In this document: positions 41,549-50,919 of the stretch, piece by piece
Position numbering within the stretch: the stretch's first letter is position 1
How the letters are laid out: the number at the start of each line of letters is the position of its first letter
Source of the DNA: Acidobacteriota bacterium
Lineage (GTDB): Bacteria > Acidobacteriota > CAIWXX01
Length of the DNA: 64,000 nucleotides
Direction: 5' to 3'
Assembly (NCBI GenBank): GCA_016191015.1
Contig: JACPPM010000078.1
Location: 1,887 to 65,886 of the forward strand
Position numbers and translations under genes: made by a program
The notes under the pieces: generated by a model
What the model saw: only the letters and a program-made list of their open reading frames with translations
Told to the model about the DNA's origin: nothing
Database searches by the model: none

Positions 41549-42280
41549 CTACCTGCCGGCTTCGACGCGCCTGACCACTCCCATTCCGATCTGCGTCTTT
41601 TGCCCGGCCGAAGCGAAGAAGGCGTAGTCCGCGAGAACATTGAGCTCGTGCAAAATGTCCCGTTGGACGCTGCCCGAGGCCTTGAATGCCACCGTCCCGG
41701 TGAATCCGATTCTGGTGCTACGGTCTTCCTTGAAAGACGTAGTCTCGATCTTCAGGGAGGAGATCGCAAGATGATGATCAGCGGCGTCGACCACTTCTTC
41801 GTGGAGCGCGAACCGCGTGTGCACGTGTTTCCAACGCCGGTAGAGACTGTTGTAGAGCTGGCGCGAGAGTGGGAGCGGAACGTCAAGATCGCCGTGGTGG
41901 AACGATGTCGGCGTGAGAAACTCGAAACAGAATTCCTTGGCCGTCGCGGAGGCTCTGCGGAAGATCTCCTCGTAAGATCTTCTCCCGGCCAACGGATGGG
42001 CTTCGACCGGCCTCAGCAGCATTTCGTGACCATCAATCGGAATCCGCGCCTCGCCAAGCCCGTTGAGGGCCGTCCCTGACCTCTCGTCGATCGTGGCAAT
42101 TCGGATCGCGGGTTCGCCGCTTGCCGCCGCAACCGGAGCGACCGAGAAGGTAAGCAATTCCTGCTCGAGCAAATCCTCACTCACCAGAAGGCCGACTACC
42201 GCCCGGAGGATCCGGGAGGCGTCGGGAGCAGAACCGCCCTTCGGCTCGGACGGCAGTGCAAAAACTACTGCTGCTGGCAT
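41549..42280 (-). CDS. Cas6-like RAMP-fold protein, standalone (no CRISPR array or other cas genes in the window)
   Basis: 243 aa. The C-terminal glycine-rich loop FASAGQKTQIGMGVV aligns to the Cas6 G-loop consensus G(F)GR(H)TSLG(Y)G(M)V. An LTPTSF strand is also present. Assignment rests on motif recognition only. Confidence 0.35.
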   Translation of the reverse strand: MPAAVVFALPSEPKGGSAPDASRILRAVVGLLVSEDLLEQELLTFSVAPVAAASGEPAIRIATIDERSGTALNGLGEARIPIDGHEMLLRPVEAHPLAGRRSYEEIFRRASATAKEFCFEFLTPTSFHHGDLDVPLPLSRQLYNSLYRRWKHVHTRFALHEEVVDAADHHLAISSLKIETTSFKEDRSTRIGFTGTVAFKASGSVQRDILHELNVLADYAFFASAGQKTQIGMGVVRRVEAGR

Positions 42281-42305
42281 CTGGACCGGCTCCCGCTCAC
42301 TCGAT

Positions 42306-44096
42306 TCACTTCCCCGGTTGGACCTTCTTGAGTAGGCCCTTGAACAGCCCCTTCTCCTCGGGCTTCAAGGCCGCCAGCTCGCGCATCGCCACCGGATGAT
42401 TGTCGTTGAGCTGCAGAGCCTTCTGAAACATCCCCACGGCGCGCTTGGCCATGTTCGACGCCTTGTAAAGCAATCCCAGCGACACATAAATGTCCGAATT
42501 GAATCGATCCAGCTCAATCGCCTTCAGATACGTCTCCTCAGCCTCCCGGCGGTTGTTGTTCTTCGTCAGCGCATTCGCGAGGAGGAAGCAATAGTTGCCC
42601 TTGGTCGGGTTGAGCCTCGTGGCGGCTTTCAAAAGCTGGATCGCCTCGGCGAACTTGCGCTGCTCATACAGCGTCTTCGCCATCCGGAAGTTTCGGTCCG
42701 CAATCTGCTCGTCGGATTCCTTCGAAACTCCCTCTTTCGCCTCCTCTTCCGGGCGGGCACCTCGCTGATCATAGAGCTTCCGGCGCTCAGAATCGGACAA
42801 CACCTCCCAGGCCTTGTTCACCTGGGCGAAGATCTCGGCCATTTCTTTCCTCAAATCCTGGAGATGAGGTGCGGCCGCCCGGTCAGGGTGGTACTTCTTC
42901 GCGAGGGCGAAGTACGATTTCTTGATCTCACCTTCCGCCGATCTCTTGTCGACCTCGAGCAGTGTGTAGTGATCCATCAGACTCAGGCGGCGGTGAACCT
43001 CCTGGATCTGTCCCCGCTCGTTTGCCTCCATCTCAGGATTGCGCACGGGAGCCTCGGGCGGCGACGCGACCGGAGCCGCCATGTCCGCCTCAGACTCCTC
43101 TCCGGTCAGCTCTTCGGGCGGCGGCGGTGGAGGAGCCTGCCGCTGCGGCACTTGCAGCGACGGCGCCGCCGCACGCGGCGGAACGCCAGGTGCGGGACGA
43201 GAATGTGGTGCCGCTGCGCGGGATGCTGCGAGAGGGCGTCCCGCCGTCTTCGGTGGCTGCGGCGGCGGAGCCTTCATGAAGGGCGTCGTCTCGTCCGTGA
43301 GCAAGGGCTCTCCGAAAATATCATCCGGAAGATCGAACTCCTCAGCCTCCGTCGACACCTGGACCGCCGCGGCCGCAGACCTCTGGGCGCTGACGGGTGC
43401 CGGCGCTTCAATAATCCCACTCAGAATCAGACCGCACAGAAGCCGCAGAGTCGCGTCGCGTTCGAGCGCTCCAATCTGGCAGATCTCCTCGGCCGTCGTG
43501 AGGTTGTTCAGGCACCCGGCCACAGCTGTTTCCTCGGGACTGAATTTCACCTTCTGGAATCGGAGGACTGGATCTATCGAAACGTGGAGCGGTTCGTCCA
43601 GGTTGCCGACAAACTTCGTCACGAGCGAGGTGTTGGCTATCTGTCGGCAGCACTCGACCAGAACATCCGCCGTGCTCAGCTCGATGGCCACATCGGCGAT
43701 CTCCTGGTTCTCCCCTTCGAGAAACTTGGTTCTCCCATCCTTCCACGCGAAGACGGAAGTCGCGACACGGCGGATGAATACATCCACAGTACGCAGGAGC
43801 TGCTCGGGCGTGATCACCCCTTCGATAACCAGAATCCGTCCCGTCCGGCGACCCGGACCAACCGAGCTCAACACCGCTTCCAACATCGTCGGATCGATCG
43901 TCTGCTGCGCGAGAAGTATCTGCCCTATTCTGTCGGCGTCCACACTCGTGCTCGCGAAGACCAACTCCCCTTCCTTGAAATAGAGATGTTTCTCCTCACG
44001 AACACGCACACACTGGAGATCCCCAGTCAGTCTCCCCAGCACAATCTCCGAAATTGTCTGTAGGAGCGCGCCCTTCTGGATCATCCCCTCCGTCAT
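42306..44096 (-). CDS. Multidomain protein: two DUF4388/PATAN-like domains, a Pro-rich linker, a J domain (DnaJ) and C-terminal TPR repeats
   Basis: Start at the internal Met MTEGMIQKG. The 60 residues upstream in the ORF track come from MITE copy C. J domain DHYTLLEVDKRSAEGEIKKSYFALAKKYHPDR. TPR repeats (AEETYLKAIELDRFNSDIYVSLGLLYKA...). DUF4388-like blocks (LYFKEGELVFASTSV, GRILVIEGVITPEQLL). Confidence 0.6.
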   Translation of the reverse strand: MTEGMIQKGALLQTISEIVLGRLTGDLQCVRVREEKHLYFKEGELVFASTSVDADRIGQILLAQQTIDPTMLEAVLSSVGPGRRTGRILVIEGVITPEQLLRTVDVFIRRVATSVFAWKDGRTKFLEGENQEIADVAIELSTADVLVECCRQIANTSLVTKFVGNLDEPLHVSIDPVLRFQKVKFSPEETAVAGCLNNLTTAEEICQIGALERDATLRLLCGLILSGIIEAPAPVSAQRSAAAAVQVSTEAEEFDLPDDIFGEPLLTDETTPFMKAPPPQPPKTAGRPLAASRAAAPHSRPAPGVPPRAAAPSLQVPQRQAPPPPPPEELTGEESEADMAAPVASPPEAPVRNPEMEANERGQIQEVHRRLSLMDHYTLLEVDKRSAEGEIKKSYFALAKKYHPDRAAAPHLQDLRKEMAEIFAQVNKAWEVLSDSERRKLYDQRGARPEEEAKEGVSKESDEQIADRNFRMAKTLYEQRKFAEAIQLLKAATRLNPTKGNYCFLLANALTKNNNRREAEETYLKAIELDRFNSDIYVSLGLLYKASNMAKRAVGMFQKALQLNDNHPVAMRELAALKPEEKGLFKGLLKKVQPGK

Positions 44097-44169
44097 GCAG
44101 TTACTCCTAGATGTTGCGGCGATTCTAGCATACGGCTCACACCCCAACAAGACAGGTATGGGTGCCTCC

Positions 44170-44362
44170 CAGGTCTGCGGCAAAGTCGAGGCGCCGACTC
44201 GGGCGAGGCCGTTCCGTGCGAACCCGCAGATGGCGCCGATCTCCGCGCAGGTTCCGCGGATCCTTCCAGCATCCACCCGACGCGAAACATCCTACTCACT
44301 CTCGGATCGACGCTTTGCGATCGGCGACATCTGCGAGTGAACCTGCGGCGTCGCAGAGCTTG
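44170..44362. mobile_element. MITE-like element, copy C (opposite orientation, 3' end diverged or truncated)
   Basis: The 5' terminus caggtctgcggcaaagtcgaggcgccgactcgggcgaggccgttccgtgcgaa is nearly identical to copy D. The distal end is degraded. It lies in the divergent promoter region between the DnaJ/PATAN gene and the wHTH regulator. Confidence 0.55.
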
Positions 44363-44467
44363 TCGGCTCCTGGGGCAACCCTCCCTGCGCGCCCGAGATT
44401 CGATTGATGTTATCATTCAGTTAACGATATGACGATAGTCTGCCGATATCACCATCGTGAGGTGAAG

Positions 44468-45088
44468 ATGTTGAGTATTGATGGACTGAGCTTTTTCCAA
44501 CCGACCCCTGATCTGCGCGAGCTGATCCTGCTGATGGAGATTGCCAAATGCCCAAAGCTCTCGCAGGCCAAGATGGCCACGAGCGCCGGCATTCGGCCGT
44601 CGATGGCCAATGGCTATCTGAAGCAATTCGTTCGCAGGGGACTCATGCGCAAGGGTGACGGGAACCACAAGAACATGAGCTACCACCTGACGGCGGAAGG
44701 GGAGGCACGGAGAGTCGACCTGCTGTGGAAGTACCTGAACGAGACCGTCGGACTCTACAAGAGAAGCAAGGATGAATTCGTGGAGGCAGTGCGGCGGTTG
44801 AAGGATACGGGGTTCACACGCCTGGTGCTTTACGGGGCGGGGGACACGGGCGAGCTTGTCGTGGCGGTCGCGGAGAAGCTGCAGATGGTGATACTGGGAA
44901 TCGTCGACAGCGATCCGCGCAAACAGGGGACGCTGTTCTGCGGCCGGACCGTGCTCGAGCCGTCGAAGATTCTTCCGCTGAACCCGCAGGCGGTGCTCGT
45001 GACCTCTCTCGGCTACGGGCATCAGATCGCAGCGTCTCTGGGATATCTCGAGGCTGCCGGCGTGAGAGTCGAGACGCTCAAGGTCTAA
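44468..45088 (+). CDS. Winged-helix transcriptional regulator with a C-terminal Rossmann-like domain
   Basis: Start at MLSIDGLSFF. MarR/Lrp-like wHTH (LSQAKMATSAGIRPSMANGYLKQFVRRGLMRK) followed by RLVLYGAGDTGELVVAVAEKLQMVILGIVDSD. It heads the nonulosonic-acid cluster. Confidence 0.45.
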   Translation: MLSIDGLSFFQPTPDLRELILLMEIAKCPKLSQAKMATSAGIRPSMANGYLKQFVRRGLMRKGDGNHKNMSYHLTAEGEARRVDLLWKYLNETVGLYKRSKDEFVEAVRRLKDTGFTRLVLYGAGDTGELVVAVAEKLQMVILGIVDSDPRKQGTLFCGRTVLEPSKILPLNPQAVLVTSLGYGHQIAASLGYLEAAGVRVETLKV

Positions 45089-45094
45089 CCCAAC

Positions 45095-46033
45095 GTGCGA
45101 CGTCGAGAAGTCCTCTTTGTCACGCAATGCGGCCCACGCCTCGGATTCGGACACCTCATCCGCTGTTTGCGGATTGCGGGCGCGATCAGGAAGCGCTTCC
45201 GTGTTGCGTTCTTGGCGGAGGGGCTTGGCGAGCATGCGCGGATGGCCGCGGCATATGAGATCCGGAACGACGTGCGCCCCGCCGCGTGCGTGATCACGGA
45301 CCTTGTGCAGCCGGGACTCTTACAGAGCTTTGCGAGGGTTCGCGAGATGCGGCCCAGCGTGAGCTTCCACGACATGGGGCTCGGTCAGTTCGAATCCGAC
45401 TGTGCCATTGACAGCTCAGTGGTGCAGGTACGGCCGTTTCCTGCTGGGCGGCGCGCTCTGTATCTCGGGCCGAAGTACGCGGTGCTGGATCCACGGCTCA
45501 GGGGAATCCGGGGAGGAAACATGCGGCGTGTGTTCGTCAATTTCGGTGGAGGCGATGTCCGAGCACTTTACCGTAAAGCCGTCGAGGCACTGGACATGAT
45601 TCCCGGTCCGATCGATATCCGCGCGTGCCGTGGGTACACGTGCTGGGATGGCGTGCAGTCGCGAATCCACAGGACATACTGGATCGGCCCGGGGGGCAGC
45701 CTCACCGACGGGATGGCAGGGAGCGCGCTGGCTCTATGCGCCGGCGGGACTGCGCTCTACGAGGCGGCCCGAACGGGATTGCCGGCCGTGGTCATATCAC
45801 ACCACCGGCTGCAGGAGCGGACCGCGAAGGAGTTCGAACGGCTCGGAGCCGCCATTTCGCTCGGGACGTATCGTGCTGTCGGCGTCGATACGATCCGCCG
45901 CGCATTGGAGACGATGCTCTGCGCCCCCGAAGCGCGGCAGCGAATGGGGCGAGCGGGGAGACGCATCGTTGACGGCCGGGGGCTGGAGAGGGTGTCGAAG
46001 ATCGTTGCGAGATTCGCCGAGGGACGGGCATGA
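45095..46033 (+). CDS. pseG: UDP-2,4-diacetamido-2,4,6-trideoxy-beta-L-altropyranose hydrolase (PseG-like, GT28-type fold)
   Basis: 312 aa. The N-terminal VLFVTQCGPRLGFGHLIRCLRIA pattern (GxGHxxR) is typical of PseG. It is adjacent to pseI. Confidence 0.65.
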   Translation: MRRREVLFVTQCGPRLGFGHLIRCLRIAGAIRKRFRVAFLAEGLGEHARMAAAYEIRNDVRPAACVITDLVQPGLLQSFARVREMRPSVSFHDMGLGQFESDCAIDSSVVQVRPFPAGRRALYLGPKYAVLDPRLRGIRGGNMRRVFVNFGGGDVRALYRKAVEALDMIPGPIDIRACRGYTCWDGVQSRIHRTYWIGPGGSLTDGMAGSALALCAGGTALYEAARTGLPAVVISHHRLQERTAKEFERLGAAISLGTYRAVGVDTIRRALETMLCAPEARQRMGRAGRRIVDGRGLERVSKIVARFAEGRA

Positions 46034-47052
46034 GGATCCATGGCAGGCCGATAGGGGGTGGTTCGGCCCCCTTCGTCGTGGCCGAGGTCGGGATCAACCA
46101 CAATGGTGAGTTGGATCTGGCGATCGAGATGGTGAAGGCGGCGGCGAAAGCAGGCGCCGATGCCGTGAAGTTTCAGGCCATTCGCGCCGACAAGCTGTTG
46201 GCGCCGCGAGGAGCCGGCCTGAGCCACGTGAGCGGGTCGGTCCATGATTTTTTCCGCAGTGTCGAGCTCACAACTGATCAATTTTCCAGGATTCGAGCGG
46301 CGTGTCGGGCGGCGGGCATCGGGTTCATCGTCACCCCCTTCGATGAGGGGGTGGCTGACGAGCTGAAAACTGCCGGAGTGGACGCGTTCAAGATCGCCTC
46401 CGGGGACATCACGCACCTGCCTCTCCTGCGTCATGTGGCGCGGAAGCGGCGCCCTCTCATCCTCTCCACCGGAGCCTCGACTCTCACCGAAATTGACACT
46501 GCACTGTCAGCGATCCGACAGTCCTCGGATGTTCCGGTGGTGCTTCTGCACTGTGTCTCCGCCTATCCGGCGGCCGCTCAGGACATGAACTTACGGGCGA
46601 TTCAGGTCATGTCCCGCCGCTTCGCGCTCCCGATCGGGCTTTCCGACCATACCCAGGGCATCCATCTGGCGCTCGCCGCCGTTGCCCTGGGAGCCGTGAT
46701 GATCGAAAAGCACTTCACAATCAGCCGTGGCCTCCCCGGTCCTGACCAGACCTTGTCGGTCGAAGCGGCCGAACTGACCAAGCTGGTGGCCTGCGCTCGT
46801 GAGGTCCACATGGCCCTGGGCGATGGGAAAAAAGTGCCGCGGAGGGCTGAAAGGGAGGCCCGTTCGCAGGGGAGGCGCGCCCTCTACACGATTCGTGATG
46901 TCGAGGCCGGCCGGGCGCTCGAGCTAGGAGACATCGCGGTCCTGCGGCCCGCTGCCGGCCTGCCTCCGGAACACATCGATAGGCTCATCGGGCGCAAGGT
47001 GAAAACCCAGCTTGCAGCAGGCGCGCCGATTAGGGCCAGAGATCTGGCATAA
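46030..47052 (+). CDS. pseI: Pseudaminic acid synthase / N-acetylneuraminate synthase family (NeuB/PseI)
   Basis: 340 aa. NeuB-domain block PFVVAEVGINHNG. C-terminal SAF domain. The PseI rather than NeuB/LegI assignment rests on pseG next door. Confidence 0.7.
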   Translation: MRIHGRPIGGGSAPFVVAEVGINHNGELDLAIEMVKAAAKAGADAVKFQAIRADKLLAPRGAGLSHVSGSVHDFFRSVELTTDQFSRIRAACRAAGIGFIVTPFDEGVADELKTAGVDAFKIASGDITHLPLLRHVARKRRPLILSTGASTLTEIDTALSAIRQSSDVPVVLLHCVSAYPAAAQDMNLRAIQVMSRRFALPIGLSDHTQGIHLALAAVALGAVMIEKHFTISRGLPGPDQTLSVEAAELTKLVACAREVHMALGDGKKVPRRAEREARSQGRRALYTIRDVEAGRALELGDIAVLRPAAGLPPEHIDRLIGRKVKTQLAAGAPIRARDLA

Positions 47053-47075
47053 CTATTGCAATCTTCAATCCGGGA

Positions 47076-48113
47076 GTGAGTATGCGACCAGTGAATACCC
47101 TCGTGACGGCAGCTTCCCGAAGGGTGGGGTTGATCCGGGCCTTCGTGAATGCCCTGCAGGCGATCGGCAACTCCGGGGTCGTGGTATCAACGGACATGAA
47201 CACGTTCTCGCCCGGTCTCTACTTCAGCCACCGGCACTATATCGTTCCGCTGACGACGCATCCCAACTATATCCCGATCATCAAGTCCATCTGTATCAAG
47301 GAGTGTGTTTCTCTCCTCATCCCGACGATCGACGATGAGATTCCGCTCTTCGGCGCATACAAAGATGATTTCGCACGAATTGGCGTTCGCGTCGCCTGCA
47401 GCGGCGCCGACGCGGCTCGGATCTGCAACGACAAGTATGAGACCTTCAGGTTCCTCAGACAAAAAGGGCTCCCTGTGGTCGAGACCTACCTGCCCGGCGC
47501 ATCTCTTCCTCGCAAATTCCCCCTCTTCATCAAGCCGCGATCTGGTCGTGGGAGCGTCGGCGCATACCCGGTCAAGAGCGAGAAGGAGCTCCAGTTTTTC
47601 CTCGGATACATTGAGAATCCGGTTGTGCAGGAGTTCTTGACCGGACGTGAGTTCACGATCGATGTGTGCACGGACTTCCAGGGGAGGGTCCTCTCCGTGG
47701 TGCCGCGGGAGAGGTTAGTGATCAGAGCGGGGGTAAGCGATCGCGGCATCACCGTGAAGGATCGGCGGTTGATTGATCTTGGCGAGCAGGTGACCATGGC
47801 GCTTGGTCTGGTGGGCGCCGCCAACATCCAGCTCAAGATGGATGGCGAGCGCATCCGGATCTTCGAAGTGAACCCACGGTACTCCGGAGGGATCCCGCTC
47901 ACGATTGCGGCTGGTGCGGACTTCCCACGCTGGCAGGTGAAGCTCGTGCTCGGCCGCCGCATCAGACCGAAGCTGGGACAGTTCACGGATGCGCTGACGA
48001 TGGCCTGTTTCGAAGAGGCCCTGTTCCTGGATCGCGAGCGCCTGGTGAAGCAACCGGTTGTCAGCGCTCCTCTCGAGGTCGGCCGGGTCGTCGAGCCTAT
48101 TCAGTTACAATAG
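47076..48113 (+). CDS. ATP-grasp domain protein (carbamoyl-phosphate-synthase-like ligase)
   Basis: 345 aa. ATP-grasp core (CNDKYETFRFL...PLFIKPRSGRGSVGAY...EFTIDVC...IFEVNPRYSGG). Confidence 0.6.
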   Translation: MSMRPVNTLVTAASRRVGLIRAFVNALQAIGNSGVVVSTDMNTFSPGLYFSHRHYIVPLTTHPNYIPIIKSICIKECVSLLIPTIDDEIPLFGAYKDDFARIGVRVACSGADAARICNDKYETFRFLRQKGLPVVETYLPGASLPRKFPLFIKPRSGRGSVGAYPVKSEKELQFFLGYIENPVVQEFLTGREFTIDVCTDFQGRVLSVVPRERLVIRAGVSDRGITVKDRRLIDLGEQVTMALGLVGAANIQLKMDGERIRIFEVNPRYSGGIPLTIAAGADFPRWQVKLVLGRRIRPKLGQFTDALTMACFEEALFLDRERLVKQPVVSAPLEVGRVVEPIQLQ

Positions 48114-48181
48114 GGAGAATGCGAGTGCGAGCAGCGGTCGGTGTCAGACGACAGGTTGGTCTCCTCGCCTGAGGCTTAGGC

Positions 48182-49171
48182 ATGAGGTGGAAGGGGATCG
48201 ACGTTCTCGTCACCGGGGCAGGCGGGTTCATCGGGAGCCATCTCGTTGAAAGGCTCCTGGTCGCGGGTGCGCGCGTCCGAGCCCTCGTCCGATATAACTC
48301 GATGAATGACTGGCACCTGCTGCGCGAGATCCCGGCCGAGTTGCTCTCCCGCGCCACCGTCCTCGAAGGTGACGTCCGCGACCCGTTCTTCGTACGCCGG
48401 GCATGCGACGGCACCGACACCGTCTTCCATCTCGCGGCCACGATCTCGATCCCGCACTCGTATCAGGCCCCGATCGATTTCGTCGACACGAACGTGCTCG
48501 GCACGGCCAACGTCCTCTCTGCTGCGCTCGAGTGCCGCTGCAGGCGAATCATCTGCACATCGACGAGCGAGGTCTATGGCACGGCGGTCACGCGGCCGAT
48601 GGACGAAAACCACCGGCTTCATCCCCAGTCACCGTATGCGGCGAGCAAGGTCGGGGCAGACATGCTGGCCCTCTCCTATTACGACTCCTTCGACGCGCCC
48701 GTGATTGTGGTCAGACCATTCAATACGTATGGTCCGAGGCAGAGTGCGCGCGCGATCATCCCCGCCATCCTCTCGCAGCTCATCGGCGGAGCCACGGTGC
48801 GGATCGGCGATGTCTCGACCAAGCGCGATTTTACATGTGTGTTCGACACGGTCGAGGGGTTCCTGGCAGCCGCGCGGTCGGCGGATGGAGTGGGCCAGGT
48901 GATCAACCTCGGCTCCCAGAGGCCGGTCTCGATCAAGCAGCTCATCGGCCTGGCGGGAAAAGTGGTCGGGCGGAAGCCGAGGATCGTCACGGACCGGCAG
49001 CGCATACGGCCTGACAAGAGCGAGGTGAGGGTCCTTCATGCCGACGCCGGAAGGGCCAGGACTCTGATTGGGTGGGAGTCGCGGATCCCCCTGGAGGATG
49101 GACTGAAGCAGACCTACGACTACATCAAGTCGAGGGTGGACCGATACCGCCCGGGAGAATACCTGAGATGA
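48182..49171 (+). CDS. NAD-dependent epimerase/dehydratase (extended SDR, sugar 4,6-dehydratase-like)
   Basis: 329 aa. Rossmann motif TGAGGFIGSH. Catalytic YAASK. Confidence 0.7.
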   Translation: MRWKGIDVLVTGAGGFIGSHLVERLLVAGARVRALVRYNSMNDWHLLREIPAELLSRATVLEGDVRDPFFVRRACDGTDTVFHLAATISIPHSYQAPIDFVDTNVLGTANVLSAALECRCRRIICTSTSEVYGTAVTRPMDENHRLHPQSPYAASKVGADMLALSYYDSFDAPVIVVRPFNTYGPRQSARAIIPAILSQLIGGATVRIGDVSTKRDFTCVFDTVEGFLAAARSADGVGQVINLGSQRPVSIKQLIGLAGKVVGRKPRIVTDRQRIRPDKSEVRVLHADAGRARTLIGWESRIPLEDGLKQTYDYIKSRVDRYRPGEYLR

Positions 49172-49875
49172 AGGCAGTGATTCTTGCCGGAGGGCGCGGC
49201 ACACGCCTTGCGCCGTACACAACGGTCTTCCCGAAACCGTTGGTTCCAATCGACGATCGCCCGATCGTGGATATCATCCTCGAGCAGCTGTCCCGCCACG
49301 GTTTCACGAACGTGACCATTTCCCTCGGACATCTCGGTCACCTGATCAAGGCCTACTACGCGACTGGCGACGGACACGGACTGACCATCGACTATGTGAC
49401 GGAGAAAGATCCTTTGGGAACGGCGGGCTCCCTGGCGTTGATCCAAGGGCTCGACTCGACCTTCCTCGTCATGAACGGTGACATCCTCACAACGCTCGAG
49501 TATCGGGCGCTGATCGAACACCACCGGAGCAGCGGGGCGGCACTCACGATTGCAGGCCATGTCAAAGAGGTGAGCATCGACCTCGGGGTCCTGGAGATAG
49601 GGGACGGCGGCCTTCTCACCGGGTACCGGGAGAAGCCTGTCGAGACGTTTCCGGTGAGCATGGGGATTTACGTATATGAACCGCGGATGATGCGGCACCT
49701 GGTTCCGGGGGAGTATCTGGATTTCCCGGCGTTGGTGCTGCGCGCCCTGGCGGCCGGCGAGAAGATCTCGGTGTGCAGGAGCGATGCGCTGTGGCTCGAC
49801 ATCGGTCGCCGCGAGGACTACGAAGAGGCTCAGCGTCTGTTCTGCGAGAAAAGGGAGCAGTTCCTTGGCGCGTAG
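49168..49875 (+). CDS. Sugar-phosphate nucleotidyltransferase (glucose-1-phosphate cytidylyl/guanylyltransferase-like)
   Basis: Start at the internal Met MKAVILAGGRGTRLAPYT (the G-x-G-T-R-L signature). Translationally coupled to the SDR gene (ATGA overlap). Confidence 0.7.
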   Translation: MKAVILAGGRGTRLAPYTTVFPKPLVPIDDRPIVDIILEQLSRHGFTNVTISLGHLGHLIKAYYATGDGHGLTIDYVTEKDPLGTAGSLALIQGLDSTFLVMNGDILTTLEYRALIEHHRSSGAALTIAGHVKEVSIDLGVLEIGDGGLLTGYREKPVETFPVSMGIYVYEPRMMRHLVPGEYLDFPALVLRALAAGEKISVCRSDALWLDIGRREDYEEAQRLFCEKREQFLGA

Positions 49876-50647
49876 GACAAGGCCGAGAGTCGCCGGAATC
49901 CTGCAGGCCAGGATGGGGTCGACCCGTCTCCCCGGCAAGGTCCTCCTGAGGCTCGCAGGGAAGACGATTCTGGCACACTGTATCGATCGTATGCGCGAGT
50001 CGGCTGTTCTCGACGATATCGTGGTTGCCACAACCGCCCTGGGGCGTGATGATCGAGTTGCGAGCGAGGCGCTGCGCAACGGCGCGCGCTGTTTCCGCGG
50101 CTCTGAGGACGACGTGTTGGGGCGGTATGCGGGAGCGGCGACAGAGGTGCGGGCGGATGTGGTCGTGAGGGTCACCGCCGACAATCCGCTGACCTGTCCG
50201 GAGGCGATGGCACGCTCGGTTCGTGAGCAGCTCGAAGGGGGATGGGACTACGTCGGCGAGGCTGGGTTGCCGTATGGATCTGCCTGCGAGGTCCTCACCG
50301 CGCGGACGTTGTTCGAGGTGGACCGGATCGCGCGCACCCCCGCACATCGGGAGCATGTGACGCTTTTCATCAAGGAGACGCCGCATCTTTTCACGATCCG
50401 GCTGCTCGATGCCGATCCCGCGAGGACGGCGCCCGAGATTCGCGTGACGATCGACACACCGGAAGACCTCGGTTTCCTGAGGTCGATGGCTCGAAGGCGG
50501 GTGTTGAGCTTCCGGCCGTTTCGCACGGCGGACTTCATTCGCAGGTTGCGTGAGATGCTGCTAACCAAGTCGCAAATGCCGGCCGATACAGAGGACAGGG
50601 GTGGGTGTGCACGTGAGGCATCGGCGGCCAACGGAGGATGTCAATGA
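49865..50647 (+). CDS. pseF: Acylneuraminate (pseudaminic acid) cytidylyltransferase family, PseF/NeuA/SpsF-like
   Basis: Block AGILQARMGSTRLPGKVL. Start tentatively a TTG at 49865. The nearest ATG, at 49913, would remove the conserved AIIQAR-type strand. The start is uncertain by about 50 nt. Confidence 0.6.
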   Translation: MARRTRPRVAGILQARMGSTRLPGKVLLRLAGKTILAHCIDRMRESAVLDDIVVATTALGRDDRVASEALRNGARCFRGSEDDVLGRYAGAATEVRADVVVRVTADNPLTCPEAMARSVREQLEGGWDYVGEAGLPYGSACEVLTARTLFEVDRIARTPAHREHVTLFIKETPHLFTIRLLDADPARTAPEIRVTIDTPEDLGFLRSMARRRVLSFRPFRTADFIRRLREMLLTKSQMPADTEDRGGCAREASAANGGCQ

Positions 50648-50916
50648 TACGCCTGACACGACTCAACTCCAGCGAGGTCATCGTCAACTCGGATCTGGTG
50701 GAGTTCATCGAGCTGACGCCCGATACGATTGTGTCCCTCACGACGGGCGAGAAGATTATCGTGAAGGAGGGTGCCGAGGAGATCATCGAGAAGATCATCG
50801 AGTTCAAGCGGAGGGTCTTCAATCGGGAGATCCCGGTCCGGACACCCCGGTTGCTTCCGGACGACCAGGACCCCGACGAGGGTCGGGCCGGCCCGAGGGC
50901 CCCAGCAGAGGACTGA
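50644..50916 (+). CDS. flbD: Flagellar protein FlbD
   Basis: MIRLTRLNSSEVIVNSDLVEFIELTPDTIVSLTTGEKIIVKEGAEEIIEKIIEFKRRV matches the FlbD family consensus (MIKLTRLNG.EF.LN.DLIE..E.TPDT.I.LT.G.K..VKES). Confidence 0.75.
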   Translation: MIRLTRLNSSEVIVNSDLVEFIELTPDTIVSLTTGEKIIVKEGAEEIIEKIIEFKRRVFNREIPVRTPRLLPDDQDPDEGRAGPRAPAED

Positions 50917-50919
50917 TCC

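Noticed and set aside
44345-44467. Possible operator-like partial palindrome (tgttatcattcagttaacgata) upstream of the wHTH regulator.
   Set aside because: Only the central gttaac is truly palindromic and the flanks do not mirror. Without comparative data it is too weak to report as a site.
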